Source: the human T2T-CHM13v2.0 reference genome, Homo sapiens. From it: 64,000 bases of DNA. Made by a program: the position numbers and the translations under genes. A model generated the notes under the pieces. That model worked only from the letters and a program-made list of their open reading frames with translations, did not search any database and was not told the origin of the DNA. Where the stretch lies: NCBI RefSeq assembly GCF_009914755.1, contig NC_060937.1; one strand, written 5' to 3'. Of the stretch, positions 15,346-29,164 are shown piece by piece (the first letter of the stretch is position 1; each line of letters opens with the position of its first letter).

Positions 15346-17578
15346 TCACTCTGTCCTTTGAACTCTAGCTACTGTGACTTCTCCAAACCCCTCAGTATAT
15401 TGAGATCACTGGGCTCTGCGTAAGTTCTCACTCCTAATGCTGCCCTGGAAACTCTCCAGGCAGTGCCTGAAGCAAGCATAGGGCTGCATTCAGCTGCTTT
15501 CCATCTCTCAGGGGATCACTGCTCTTTGCTGATTATTCTCCGATATATGGGAAAGCACTGTTTCATGTATTTTTTCTTGTTTTTTAATTAAATTGGGAGG
15601 ATAAATCTAATCCTTGTTACTCCATCCTTTCCAGACATTAAAAATTCAAATACTAGATTTTTACCCATGTGGTTCCATTGAGAATCCTGGAACTGTGAAA
15701 AGCTCTGCATTTCAACTCTGGAAGGAAAAGCAAGGACTGGGGTGATGGCCCCTGGGTTCTCCCAGCTCAGCCGCATACAGCCTCAGTGCCCTTAGGAAGG
15801 TGCTTTGCCTCACTGGGGCCTCATCTACGCATGAAGACTAAGTATTACCCACGGGTTTCACCAGGTGCCCTATAGTCGAATGAAACCACACATACATAGG
15901 GAACGGGGAAATGTTAGCATCATATACTCTTCCCTGGGACTCCCAAGGGCTAGAGATTACAAATAAGCAAACTAAAGATAAAATGTTTTGTATTAAATGA
16001 TGAATTACATATGTTTCCACAAATAGCTAACCTGAATTATCTGCCAAAATTTTCTAAGGAATCTTCTCTAAAAAAACTCTGTGTGAAATCATTTTGAGTA
16101 TGAAATTGGCAGTAATCTCTCTGGTGTAGGTTATCCCTGGAAAGATACACAGGAAACTGGGTCACAGTTGTGGCCTCCAGGAGGAAACTGGTAGTGAGGA
16201 CCAACCACCGGAAACAGCCTGATGTTTCACTGAACATCTTTCCTAAAACTTAAAAATTGTTCAATGGGCTTGTGTCCTTATTAAACATATAAACTGAGCA
16301 CCTAAGAATAATTTAGATAAATGTTTTTAAAGCATGAAGCAGCCTTTAAGGATGCCTGCAGGCTTTAATGAATGTTTGCAGATCCACGTTCCTCTTAATG
16401 TAAAACGGATTAAGAGGAAAATAGATCTGCAACTATCCTCTCTTCCTTGTTGCCAGAAAACCCAACTTCCCCATGTAGTCTGTAACTTCTGGGAGTAAGA
16501 AAAGTTTCATGGTTCATAATATCATTCCTGACATACTGACTGTGCCTAAACTTCAGTTTAAGACTTTGGGACCTGGTAAAATCTAAGTATCCCATAGGAC
16601 ATATATAAATTCATGTCATAATTATTCATTTCCTATAACATTAATGTCAACAAGAGACTCATTTACTCAGCAATACCTGCTGAGCCTGCTAGGTGCTCGG
16701 CAGATATATGAGGGATTCTTGTTTCCAAGAAATGAGACTGAGGGGTCAGGCCAGTCAACAGTAGTCATTATTCATGCGTTCACAAAATGCAGATGTACCA
16801 AACCGTATTTTTAAGGATTCCAGGTTGCACCTGCACGGAGTTTTGGGAGAACTAAAGAGAGGTGGGTCCTCCTGGTGTGCTTTGAGAGTAAGAAAAGTAA
16901 ATAAAGGAAGAGGATTAGGGTTCTCTGTAGGGTGCCCCCCACTAGGAAATGTGCCTCCCAGGCTGGTGGCTGTTCCAAAGGGAGCCTCCCACCCAACAGC
17001 TGCAGAAGCTGGGGCCGGTTTGGGGGGACTTGGAGCCACTCCTGAACTGATTAGCCACTCACACTGCCTGCACCTCTTCCTGAGCAGCGGGGACCACACA
17101 GCATAGTCATTGGTAGAAAGGGCTGGCCACGAAGAAAGGTGGGGGAAATTCAGTGTCTGTAAAACCTGTGTCCGGGTCCAAGGACCACGGCTCAAGTGAC
17201 CATGAGTGTCAGATCCACAGAAGGGAGCCCTGCTCACCACCAGCAGTGGGGAGCCCTTAGGACACAGAGTGGACAGAATACTTCTATGCTAGTGTCTCCT
17301 AAGAGTGTAAAGAGAAAACACAGAGAAAGCACAAAGATGTAGGACTCCACGCATTGCTTCGGCACCAAGCCACACTTTCTGGGGCTTGCTGGAGGAAATG
17401 TTTTTGATGGCCTCGCCTGAGGCTGTGTCTCGAGAAGCTGCAGCACCTCACCCCGCTTGCTCTGTGCGTGGGTGCTGCTTTGCTCAGCGCTTACGGCTCC
17501 CTGAAGTTAAAGGAAAAGTGGAATCATGCCTTAATTATTTACAAAGAGTGATCATTGTACTTATTGTTTTCCCCACAG

Positions 17579-17656
17579 AAAAGAATTCAAAGAACACTCA
17601 GTATGAAAATCTATCCATTCTGGACCAAATCCTTCAAAATATTGGAAGATCTTCAG
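17579..17656 (+). CDS. SPACA7: SPACA7 penultimate coding exon (78 nt, phase 1-1)
   Basis: Acceptor ttgttttccccacAG ends at 17578; donor CAG|GTAGAT starts at 17657. Translates (E)[25 protein letters not shown](G), matching the human SPACA7 C-terminal region as recalled. Splices in frame to 19620. Confidence 0.93.
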
Positions 17657-19619
17657 GTAGATTGGAAATAATAGATAAGTGTCTTCTCATTTGGGGATTC
17701 TTTTCCTGCTCAAGGGACAGGTGTGTCTCCGAGCAGCTCCAGGGAGAGCAGGTGAGCCCAGCCCCCAGGTGGACCTACCTGAGCTCCACAGGAGCCCCTG
17801 TCCAACCGTTGATGTGTGGAAACCTGACCAGACAAGTCCAATTCAAGGAGTCAAGGCCCATGTCATTGAAGGAGTGCTCTCCCTTTTCAGCTGAATGGAA
17901 CAGGGGACTAGTCCCCCTTTTCCCAAGAATAATCAGGACTCACAAGGCTGCCACCACCCACCTACTCAAGGGTCTCAACCACGTGATGACAGGAGCCTGC
18001 TCCCCCATGACAGGCCCAGGAAGGGCCCCCACATCCCCTTCAGGAGGCCCCCCACCCTCTCGTGGGGTGGGGACCCCCAGTCCAGCCCTTCTCCACTCCC
18101 TGTTCACACAGCTTCACCACTGTCCGCCTGCTAAGAGTTGGCCATGCAGATCCTGTGGCTTCTGTCCCTGGCCCCAGGCTTCTCCTAGGAGCTTTCCAGA
18201 ACACCTGGGAGCCAGTCCTGGGTGAGGCTGACAACCCTCTTGTCCTCCCGGTATCCCTGACTCACATGGCAGCCCAGTGTGCCCAGCCCCTCCCCCCATA
18301 CCCTGCAGCACTTGCCCGTCCATGCAGCCTGAGACCCTCCGTCTGGAGCGCGTCACACCATGAATCCCGAGCTGCTGTCTGTGAACGCCAAAGACTTTGG
18401 CAAGTGAGCCATTGCCGAGCCACATGGCTGGCTTTTCATAGCCCGAGCACAGAGCCAGACGTTGAGACCCTGTCGCCTTCACTCACCTCCACTGGTGCTT
18501 CCCAAGCACCCACCACGTGCCAGGCACTGTCCTAGGCTCTGGGGTTTCTACATAAAACAGAGAGCCCTGCCTGGGAGCTCACCCACTAGAGGACGGTTAG
18601 GTGGGCCTCCCTGTCCCCTCTTAAGGCATTGGGGTTCTGACTTTTCCATCCAGCCTGTCGGCTGCTGCTCCCAGCCCCTCACTGTCCACAAGCGTGGGAA
18701 GCCGGCCAGCTCGTCCTTTGTTAAAATGCCGAAGAGGACGGTCCCGGGAAACGTCGCTGGAGACGACCTCCCTGCTGCATGAGTTGTCATCGAGCACAGG
18801 CCAAGAGCTTCTCTGAAGTGGGGCCCCCAGCCCCCCAAGTTCAGACTTTGCCAGGCCAGTGTCAGTCCCAGGACCACAAAACCCCAGGCCACAAGGTCTG
18901 CTCGTGCCCCCAGCAGCAGGGACCAGGCCAACACACGCGGTGTAGAAAGGGCAGTGAGCGGTCGTTCAAGCTACGGCCAATATCCCAGACTGTGCCACTG
19001 TCCAGGACAACCTCTGCTGCTTTAGATACAATTTCATGATTGACCTTGTCAAGATTCCAGTTCCCTGGGACCTGACTGTTCTGCAGGGAGAACCACAAAT
19101 TCTCCTATAACTCTAACAGCAAAAGACAGGGGCCTCTGCACTGATGAAGCTCCTGTACGTCACCAGCACCTCTAGGTGTGGCCGTCGGCAACAGAAGCCC
19201 TGGAGGTGACAGTGGGGACTTCCAGAGCCCTGGCAATGTTGGACAGTGAAGAACCAGGAGTCCCCAACCTCCTGGTACTGACATCCCAGGAATGAGATCC
19301 ACAGCCGGCCGCCATGAGGGGAGGAGGAGGAGGACCAGTCCAGCTCCGCCAGGCTTGGAGTTGTCGATGGGTTTTGAGGGAGAACGCGGGGGAAATGACA
19401 CTGGACAGGGTGGCCCCGCAGGGAGAGCCAAAGGCAGCCTGACGCAGCCAGTGCCCCCCTCCCGGTCCTCCTGCCCCAGACACATCCGCAGGGCTCTCCC
19501 CTCCCTCCACAACTGAGGGCTTGGTTCCTCCTGTCCCCTGGTGTCCCTCGATCCTGCCAGTGCCTCCATCTCCCTCATACCACACACTGCCAGTCTCAAA
19601 ATCTCCTCTTTCCACACAG

Positions 19620-19684
19620 GAAACATTTTCCATAAAGAGCAGCAGAGGACCAGCGCACAGAGGAGGAGCCAAGGCAGTCAGTGA
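19620..19684 (+). CDS. SPACA7: SPACA7 last exon, coding part
   Basis: Acceptor tctcctctttccacacAG ends at 19619. G|GA AAC ATT TTC... gives GNIFHKEQQRTSAQRRSQGSQ, with TGA at 19682-19684. Phase matches the upstream exon; intron 17657-19619 is GT-AG. Confidence 0.93.
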
Positions 19685-19825
19685 GGCCGCAGCCCCAGAC
19701 CCCCTGCGCAGGAGAGGAGCCTGCTAGAACCCCCACCCACCAGCCTCCGGAACAGGGCACTTGTGTGCACACGCCCACGTTCTCTGAACCATTCCACATA
19801 AAGGAAAATCGTTTATTCACACGAT
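19685..19825 (+). terminator. SPACA7: SPACA7 3'UTR with probable non-canonical poly(A) signal CATAAA (19797-19802)
   Basis: CATAAA followed ~20 nt later by CA dinucleotides, then U/GU-rich tracts (gttggtttattt, gtatgtgggatttggggtttttttt). No AATAAA/ATTAAA seen by eye in the next ~1 kb. The cleavage site is inferred. Confidence 0.6.
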
Positions 19826-20059
19826 CCCAATTGGAGTTGGTTTATTTAAGTGTTAAGCCAAAGGGTATGTGGGATTTGGGGTTTTTTTTTAAAAAAAGAA
19901 GAAATCAAGAAGCAAAAAAACATATCAAACCTGGAAATAAGAGCATCAGAATATTCTGTCTACAAATAACATAATCTCAGAGCTCCTAAAGAACTCGTCC
20001 ATGAGGAACAGAGACTACAAAGGCCTGAGAGTCTCTTCCCTACTGCCATGCCTTGCAAA

Positions 20060-20348
20060 ACACACACGCACACATATAACACATGCACACACATAACGCA
20101 TGCATACAAACACAACACATGCATACACAACATGCATGCACGTACAACACATGCACACATACAACACGCATGCACATACATGTGTGTGCATACAACACAC
20201 ATGCAACATGCACACACATGCAGCGTACATGCACATCCAACACATACGCATGCAACATGTGCACACATACAATCCACGTGCATACAATACACACATACAT
20301 GCAACACATGTGCAACACGCACACACATACAACACATGGGCACACACG
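20060..20348. repeat. Degenerate CA/CATG/CATA low-complexity repeat
   Basis: Largely alternating purine-pyrimidine tract; produces the His/Thr and Cys/Val/Met junk ORFs in all six frames. Confidence 0.92.
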
Positions 20349-20919
20349 AAGCCTCATTGCATTGGAATGTTTGCCAAGCTTGGGAATGCTGGCTGGGACT
20401 GTGTGTTATGGAAGGTGAAGGTTTGCTCCAGGTGGTGTGTGTGACCTACAGCATTACCTGGGGGTAGGGGCTGGGGGTGACCAGGACACATCTTGGGCAA
20501 CTTTTCTTATCCAAACTGATTCTGACTGTGGAGGGGCTGCAACCTCTGCTGGATTCATTGAGGTGACCCATCTGGAAAGATTTAGGACAAAATATGATTT
20601 TCCCATTTCTCTAGAAAGGCAGCCAGGCTTGGAGAAGCTCATGGATCGCGTTTGAGAACAATCCTGGACAGACGACTTCCATGCCCTTTGCACAGTTTAG
20701 CAGTGGATTGGTGTCCTTTCCATTAATAACACCATTTTCAAAGGCAGCTGGAAACGGAAGCAGACAATGCCATTGTACTTGTAGCTGCTGGCTGTGCTCT
20801 CTTCCTAAGAGATGCAAACGTCCTGTGCCCTCTTTCTATGGTGTCTCCAAGGCAACTGCAGAGGACTGAGGGTTTGGAATCAGAGAATGCTTGTATTGGA
20901 ATGACCCTTTGAGGCCTTT

Positions 20920-21060
20920 CATGCAATCCCTCAATTCCAGATGAGGAAACTGAGGCAGCAAGGACACATGACTCACTAGTTACTCAGTAAGTCAGTGGCA
21001 AGGCAGGATGCAGTTATTTCTGATGCCCAGTGCTAACCTGTGTCTACTAAACCACGCTGC
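20920..21060 (-). mobile_element. MIR
   Basis: Contains the MIR core cagatgaggaaactgaggc. Confidence 0.7.
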
Positions 21061-22009
21061 AGCCTCTCTATGAATACAGGGACAGCTGCGTGTAGTTCTT
21101 CTCCTTTCTTTGTACACTTGTAGTTTTTATTTTTCTGTCTTGTGCATGGATCTCACAAAGCATTTTTAGCGAACTCTGTGGTTTATAAGTTGTTTCCATG
21201 CACAGTGGCCCACCGAGTCCTCACAGCAAGGCCAGGAGGCAGGCATCGCCTCCACTCCACATGAGTGGGCCTGGGGCTCAGAGGTATTCAGTGGCTCACT
21301 CACTGCCACACCGTCACGTGGCCTGTTGCAGCCCTGACACCGTGCCCCAGGCCGGGCCTTTGCTGCTGGATGTTTTAATCGTCAATGGCATCATCGTTTT
21401 CCAAGCAGGGTCTTGCAGGGTTTGTCCCCCAGGAAACCTTGGCAGAGCAATGCTGACCCAGAGAAGACAAAACATATAAGTGTCATTGATTTGACCACTC
21501 TCTCTCCTCTGTCCTGACCACATGAGATCCCTGATTACACAGTCTTCAAAAGCTGGAAGTTTGATGTATTAGTTTGATCACATCAAAATATTCCCTCTCT
21601 CAGGGATGGCACTGAAAACAGCCACGGGAACACGTTGGGTCTCCAGATTGATGATTGCTGTGCAAGGCTCAAGCACGCCCTGCTTGCTGTATGGGACACA
21701 CCCTTGCTGTTCCCAGGAGGCTTAAGACAAGAGTCAGGAACTAAGCTGACGAGGAAAATCATCAATGTTAATATTGGCTACCCCAAGGCAAGTGATGAAC
21801 TGGCTTACAGGGGTGTTAAAGATGTGCCTGTGAGGTAGAAGTGACCCCCACATGTACTAGGATGGGCATTCCAGGAAGAAAGTGTCCCAAAGGTGCCAGG
21901 GCAGGGGTGGGTGAGTGTCGGGGGGGCTCTGCCACCGAGGGTGGGAATTGTGGCCAGAGTGGTCCCCTATTATATGTTATGGGTGGGAGAAAATGGTGAA
22001 ACATATTAA

Positions 22010-24790
22010 TGTATGCTGTATGATTTCAGTTTTTTGAAATTTTTTGAGACTTGATTTAGGGCCAAACATACAGCCAATTTTGGTAAAAATTCCATTTGGA
22101 GCTTGGGAGGATGGTGTATTCTGCAGTTTTGGGGGGTGGGATCCCACAGAGTCAATCGGGTCAAGTTTGTTAATTGTGTGGTTAAAATATCTCCTTACTC
22201 ATTCCTCTTTGGTCATCCAGTATCAAAAGAGGTGTAAAAGATCCCCACTGTGAATGCAAGGCATTTATTTCTTTGGTTCTATTTTGTTTTGTATGTTTCA
22301 AAGCTATGTTGCTAGGGTCCTACAGACTAAATTGTCTTTCTGGTGGATTTAAGCCTCTATTGTTATGAAGTGTTCCTCTTTATCTGTAGTATTTCTTCTT
22401 GCCTTATATTCATTTTGTCTGATATTAACATAGCCACGCTAACTTTCTCTTGGTAAATGTTTGCATGGTATATCATTTTCCATCCTATAATGTTATATTA
22501 TATATATATATATATAGTAATATATAGGAGTACATTTTTAGAAATCCAGTCCTTTTGTCTTTTAATTGGAATATTTCATCCTTTTCCATGAAATATAAGC
22601 AGTGCTAGAGCTGGGTTTGTATCTATGAAGCAACTATTTATTTTCTATTTGTCTCACATGCCTCATTTTTTTCTTCTTTCACTTTATTTGGATTAAGCAA
22701 GTATTTTTTTAATTCCATTTTCCCCTCTATTAGATCATTATGTATTTTAATATTGTTTTAAAGGTTATATTAGAGACAACAATATATATCCTTGACTTAC
22801 TATCACCTAAAATTAATACTTTTACCACTTCCTTTTCTCTTCTTTCACTTTATTTAGATTGAGCAAGTTTTTTTTTCATTCAATTTCCCCCTCTATTAGA
22901 TCATGGATTACGTATTTTTAATATTATTTTAAAGGTTATATTATAGACTACTACAGTATGCATCTTGGACTTCCTATAACCTAAAATTAGCACTTTTACC
23001 ATTTCCTAATAATGCAAGAATAGAAGAATACTTAACTCCACTTACCATTTTTTGCATTATTTTTGTCACAGATTTTAATTCTACATATATTTTAAATGCT
23101 TCAAAATATTATACTTAGTTCTATGCAGTTAATATTTGTTTCAGATTTATCCACATATTTACTCCTTTATTTGTTCTTCATTCTGTTGTGCATTTTTAAT
23201 GCTTCTGGCTAGCAGTACATTCCTGCCAACTAACTCCTTTTAGTATTTTAGTGTAGCCCTACTGGGAAAATCCTCAGTTTTTATTCGTCTGAAAATATCT
23301 TTACCTTCATGTTTTGAAGAATGTTTTCACTAGATGTAGGCTCTAGATTACCAGGTACTTTCTTTTCCATTGTCTTTTGACCTCCATCATTTCTCCTGGG
23401 GAATCTACTGTCACTCTCTGTGTTATTACTGCTCCTTGGACAGTAATGTCTTTCTACCTCTGGCTAATGTTAATCATTTCTCTTTGCCTTTTCATTTCAG
23501 CATTTTTACAATGATGTTCCTAGCTGTGTTTTCATTGCATTTATCCTGTCTGGGGTTTATGGTGATATTTGAACCCATGGCTTATTTCTTTAGTAAGTTC
23601 TGAAAAATTCTGTCTTTTCAAATATTCTGTGCCTTTTTTCTCTCTCTCTTCTCTCCTCCAATTACGCATGTTTGATGTTTGTGCTCTGTCCCACACTTTT
23701 CTTATACTCTTTTTATTTTTCATTCTTTGTTCTCTTTTATTTCAATCTGAATATTTTCTCCTGACCTACATCCAGACCACTAAATCTCTCTTTAGCTTTG
23801 GATAATCATTTAATCATCATATTAAATTAATATTTTATTTTAATTAATTAAAAATTAAAATAATTAATTAAATTTTAATTACTACGTCTTTTAATCCTGG
23901 AATTTCCATTTGGTTCTATGGATTCCACTTATCTGTGATGTTCACCATTGTCTCATCTGTTTTATGGATATATTAATCATAGTTATGCCTAATCTGTATT
24001 TGATAACTCCAATATCTGTATTATCCAGAAGTCTGTTTCTATTGCCTGGATTATTGATATGATTGGTACTTTTTGATGGAATGCTGGACATCGTGTGATG
24101 AAAAACTAGAAACTCTGAAAGACATCTAGCTCTGGTAGCCAGTTAGAGTGAGGACAGATCATCTTAATTAAGTTGTTTTAATACTAGATTTGTCTTTGTA
24201 ACACCTGGTCTATTTCTAGTTTTCCTTGTTCCTATGGGAATTCCAATTTAGAGCTCTGAGAATTTACCAGGGCCCTTCAAATGCGACTTTTATTTTTTAC
24301 ACTAGGAGACTGCTTGAAAACTCTTTAGCTCCTCAGCCTCTCTGCTACCACTTTCTGCTGACCTTCTCCCCAGCAGCACAGCTGAGGACTTAGGGAATGC
24401 TTTAGGGGGACAAGCAGATTGGCTAGTTGGACTCACTACACTGAACAAGCGTTCTTTCTGGGATCTTAGCACCTGAAGCCCTGGCTGTGTAAGAAGCCCT
24501 TAACTCACATTTTTTCTTCCCAGCCCTGGGAGATTACTGAAAGCCTCCTAGCAACTGCTTTCTGCTGTGCTGCTCAACCTGTCTGTGATGCATAAGAATT
24601 AGCAAATGCCTCAAGGGGGTGATGAGCTCAGAATATAAAACTCACATCCACAAATTTCCTTCTCTCTTAATCTTGACCACTCAAGTTCTGCCCATTTTGG
24701 GAGTTTTTCAATATACACATCTGCATTTTATCCAGGTTTTCCCATTGTTTTCAGTGAGGATGTGGCTGCTACTTATCCCAGAACCACATT
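22010..24790 (-). mobile_element. Old L1 (L1M type), antisense, containing an internal tandem duplication
   Basis: T-rich antisense L1 endonuclease/ORF1/5' text (tgtctgatattaacatagccac...tgtttgcatggtatatc). Confidence 0.7.
22672..23007. repeat. Two diverged tandem copies of a ~165-bp unit
   Basis: tcttctttcactttattt...cccctctattagatcat...aaaggttatatta...cctaaaatta..acttttacca.ttcct at 22672-22833 and 22838-23007. Confidence 0.85.
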
Positions 24791-25315
24791 TTAGAATCTT
24801 TAATCTAGAAACAGAGTTAATCAGCTACATCCTGACATCTACAAGGAAGACAGGATTTTGCCACAAAGAGGAAAAAACAGAGCTTCTGTACTTGGGGTCA
24901 GGGAGGGAACAGATCAAAACCACCTCAGAGGAAGGGGTGTGTGTGAGCAGTGGGGAGCACTGCAACATTAGGGAGCTCAGAGATGGCTCCAGAAACTAGA
25001 GGTGGCAGCCGTGCCACCTCCTGTGAGTCAGGGCAGGACCAACCAAGAGCCTAACACCAACGGCAACACCCAGCCACTTCCCAAACTCTGTACAGTTTTA
25101 GGATTGAATGTTAATTTGTTGCAGACAGACTGAGAGGGCTCTGAGAATTGCATTCTATCACCAATATCATCAATGGCTAAGAGCACGTGCACCAGGAACA
25201 ACAAGACCAGGGTAATGGAAGAACACAGGTAGCAGGGTCAGGACCAGGGCAAGGCTGGTCCCCAAACCACCTTGACAAAGTGCTTTGCAGAAAGACACTA
25301 CTCGATACATCCACA

Positions 25316-25319
<4 letters not shown>

Positions 25320-25359
<40 letters not shown>

Positions 25360-25373
25360 CAGAGAGAGAGAGA
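25320..25373. repeat. (GT)n(GA)n compound microsatellite
   Basis: Direct reading. Confidence 0.92.
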
Positions 25374-26012
25374 AAGATTTGCTGACTAAGGGCTCTATCA
25401 ATGAGGAGGAATTGGAACTTCACACTAGAATCAAGTTACACTTGTATGTTATCTGGAACATCTCTTGCACGTTTATAGCGTAAGTCACCTATTAGTGAAC
25501 TACGTATAGTTCCTTCTGCAGTTTGAGTTTCTCAACCAGCTGGTCTGTTGTTAAATTCACAAACCCTCTCTCCCCATCTTGCATCAGGGCCTGGTCACCT
25601 CTGGTGATCTGGGGTAAACTGGTGCCTGAACAAGATTGAGAGCCACACCCCAGACTCTTAGATTTCCAAAACATAAACCATGACGAAGTGCTGACCCACG
25701 GTGGTGCAGCTGGCCTTTTGCCCAAGATCCTCCCAGTTCCTCACTCTGATTCCAGAGGAGGTTGCCTCTGTCCCTATGTGCCAACAGCTGTGTCCAGATG
25801 AACAGATTCCAACCCTGGGTCCTCTGAGAACCACAGTTCAGAGGCCAAGGGACCCAAAGCTTCCCCCAGCCCTGCAGTGACCACAGACAAGCAGCAGGAG
25901 AACCTGGAACAGTGCACAGTTGAGACAGTCACTTACAGGGAGCGTCGAGATGCCGTGCTCAGAGACAAATGACTGCAGACAGGGCATCTGCTTGCCCTCC
26001 CTGAGATTTTAA

Positions 26013-26394
<382 letters not shown>

Positions 26395-27442
26395 TAAACC
26401 AACTCCAGGAGTTTCACCACCTTTCAGAAGATGCTACTTTTGAGTAGTGTCTACACAGCAAGAGCCATAGAGGATCCAGCCACTGTCTGCGGCTTTCCTA
26501 CAGAGAAGAGGGACGGACCGCCACGACCCCCCCCGTCCCCAACTTGCCTGTGTCTTCACTGCTGAATCAGCTGAGCCCAAGTCCTCGGCGGCTGGAACAG
26601 ACCCTTCCAAAACCGCGCAGGCCCAAGCCCCACGCCCCACGCCCCAGTGCCAGCGTCCTTGCGTGGCTTTGGCTCCAAGGACTTCTGCTATCGATGTTTG
26701 GCGCCCTCCTCACCTTTATTCCAAGTGTGAGTTTCCCTTTTCTGGAGTTTATGCTGTTTGGTGAACTGCACTTTCTAGACACAGCTCTCCAGAGATGAAC
26801 CTGATTTCCATTGGAAAGCATGGCCTCTTTCCCCTGAGGACTATGGGCCAGGAGGCCTCTGCTATTCCTGGTCTCTCTGAAAACAGCCTGTGGTCCTTTT
26901 CCTTGGGCATTGGGGTGGTTTCTGCTCTGGCGTGGTCCTCCGTCTCCTTGTGCCCCAGCCAAAGGAAATGGTCCCAGGCAGTCCCATGGCCTGACGCACC
27001 TCTGCCCAAGGAGATGCTGCTCACACGCTGGCTGGACACACCCCATGGGAAACACGCACGTTCAGGCACACTTGAGGTCATCTGTGCCGAGGCCGCTCCC
27101 TGCCCGAACCCCCCCACCCGTTGTGCTCTCCACGACTGGCGCCTTTGCTGCTGTGCACAGAAGCCCTACCGTGTGCACTGCCGTAGCACAGCCCAGACCT
27201 GCCACTCACAACATGGCAAGGCCAGCACCCCAGCGCCCCACATAACCACCTACAGTGGGCCTCAGGTGTGATGCAGCCACACTGCCTTGCAGGCAGACCC
27301 AGCTGGATTTCACAGCTGTGCTTGAGGGCAGAGGTCGGCAAAGGCTCTCCATCAAGGGCGGGATGAAAAGCATTTGAGGCTTCACAGGCTCTCTGGTCCC
27401 TGTGGCAACTCAACCTCCGGATTATAGCACAAAAGCACTAGA

Positions 27443-27917
<475 letters not shown>

Positions 27918-28859
27918 TTAAATGTAAACGATCTGTGTGACTGGTGACTCCCACGCTGCCCCGCGCAGCTCTGGGAGCACAAACCTCAGGACAGGTCTCT
28001 GCAGGCCCCACCTCTCCCATGAGCCCCACCTCCACGTGTGCCCGGGGCGGGTCTCCCAGCAGCACCACCTCCTCCACCCCCGAAGCTGCTTCTTAGACCA
28101 AAGGCTTGCTCCTTGCAAAAGACTGAACAGCTGCATCGTTTCCTAGGTAAGAGGCTGCATACGAAGCTTTAGAAGGCTAAACGTGGCTGGCCCGGGAAAC
28201 ACTGTGTTAAAAAGATGGGACTTTTTAAGAGGCCACATAGACTTGAAAAATATTTGTAATAAAATGTTTTCCAGCTAAAGATCCCACACGATGTTTTTCA
28301 ACCCAGAAAGCACTCTTACTCCTTGATCCTGAATCACTGATAGAAGAGCTTTGTAAAAGGTGATTCCGACGGCCCTACCAAGCAGATGGCCGGCAGACAG
28401 CCCCGAAACACCAGGAATCCGTCCCCGGGGCTGGGTGGAGCAGGCAGGGCTGGCCGGGAGTGAGCAACCAGGTGCTGCCAATTTCACCCTGGCCACCCCT
28501 GTCCCGGGCAACGCAGGCTCCAGGAAGGGAGTTCCAGGGTTCAAGTCTCAAAGTCAGGGGCAAGATCTTTCAGCTCGTGGGGTGGTGGTGAGGGCTGACT
28601 TAGACGTCGAAAACAGTAGGTCTGAGGAAGTGAAGGAGGTAGTTAATAATAAGAACAACGGACCCCTCCGCCACTTCTGGGGGCTGACCCGGAGCCACAC
28701 GTCTCATCCACCCGAAGGCGACGGCACCAGGCAGTGAGGACACACGACCGCCACCCTGTGGTCATCACGCACCCTCCAGCCCCAAGGGCAGCCCCACGCC
28801 TGCAGTGGTGAGGGGCTCCAGGAGACAGAAGCTGTGGGACCACCCACACACGCACACAC

Positions 28860-29164
28860 ACATCACACAGAGGGGGAGATTTTCAGGAACTGGTCGGGAA
28901 CCTGAGAGAGTCGACACTGCCGTTCAAGTGCAGAGCTCTCTGCAGGCAGGATTCCCTCTTCTGTGGGGACCCCAGTCTTTTTCTTAAGACGTTCCGCAGA
29001 GTGGATGAGGCCCACCCACACCACAGCCAGACGACTTTTCTCAAAGTCCCCTGAATTAACATTAATTTCATAGAAAAAGTTGTTCACAGCCGCGTCCCAG
29101 GGGCGTCTGTCCAGATATCTGGGTGCCATGGCCCAGCCAGGTTGACATGAGGATTGACCATCAC
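28860..29164 (-). mobile_element. MLT2 (ERVL) LTR fragment
   Basis: Reverse complement starts gtgatggtcaatcctcatgtcaacctggctgggccatggcacccagatatctgg, MLT2-like; also contains ggatgaggcccacccaca. Confidence 0.75.

Noticed and set aside
17270-17345. Intronic text translating VSPKSVKR, vaguely like the upstream SPACA7 segment VSPGSEK (possible decayed duplicate exon)
   Set aside because: The match is too short, relies on recalled sequence, and lacks convincing splice sites.
17386-18225. 279-aa ORF as a standalone gene
   Set aside because: It starts at TTG, and only 17579-17656 is bounded by splice sites and matches SPACA7; the rest is intronic.
19960-20467. His/Thr-rich and Cys/Val-rich ORFs in all six frames
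   Set aside because: Artefacts of the CA-rich low-complexity repeat.
23820-23882. AT-only quasi-palindrome (possible cruciform)
   Set aside because: Short, imperfect low-complexity expansion inside an L1 fossil.
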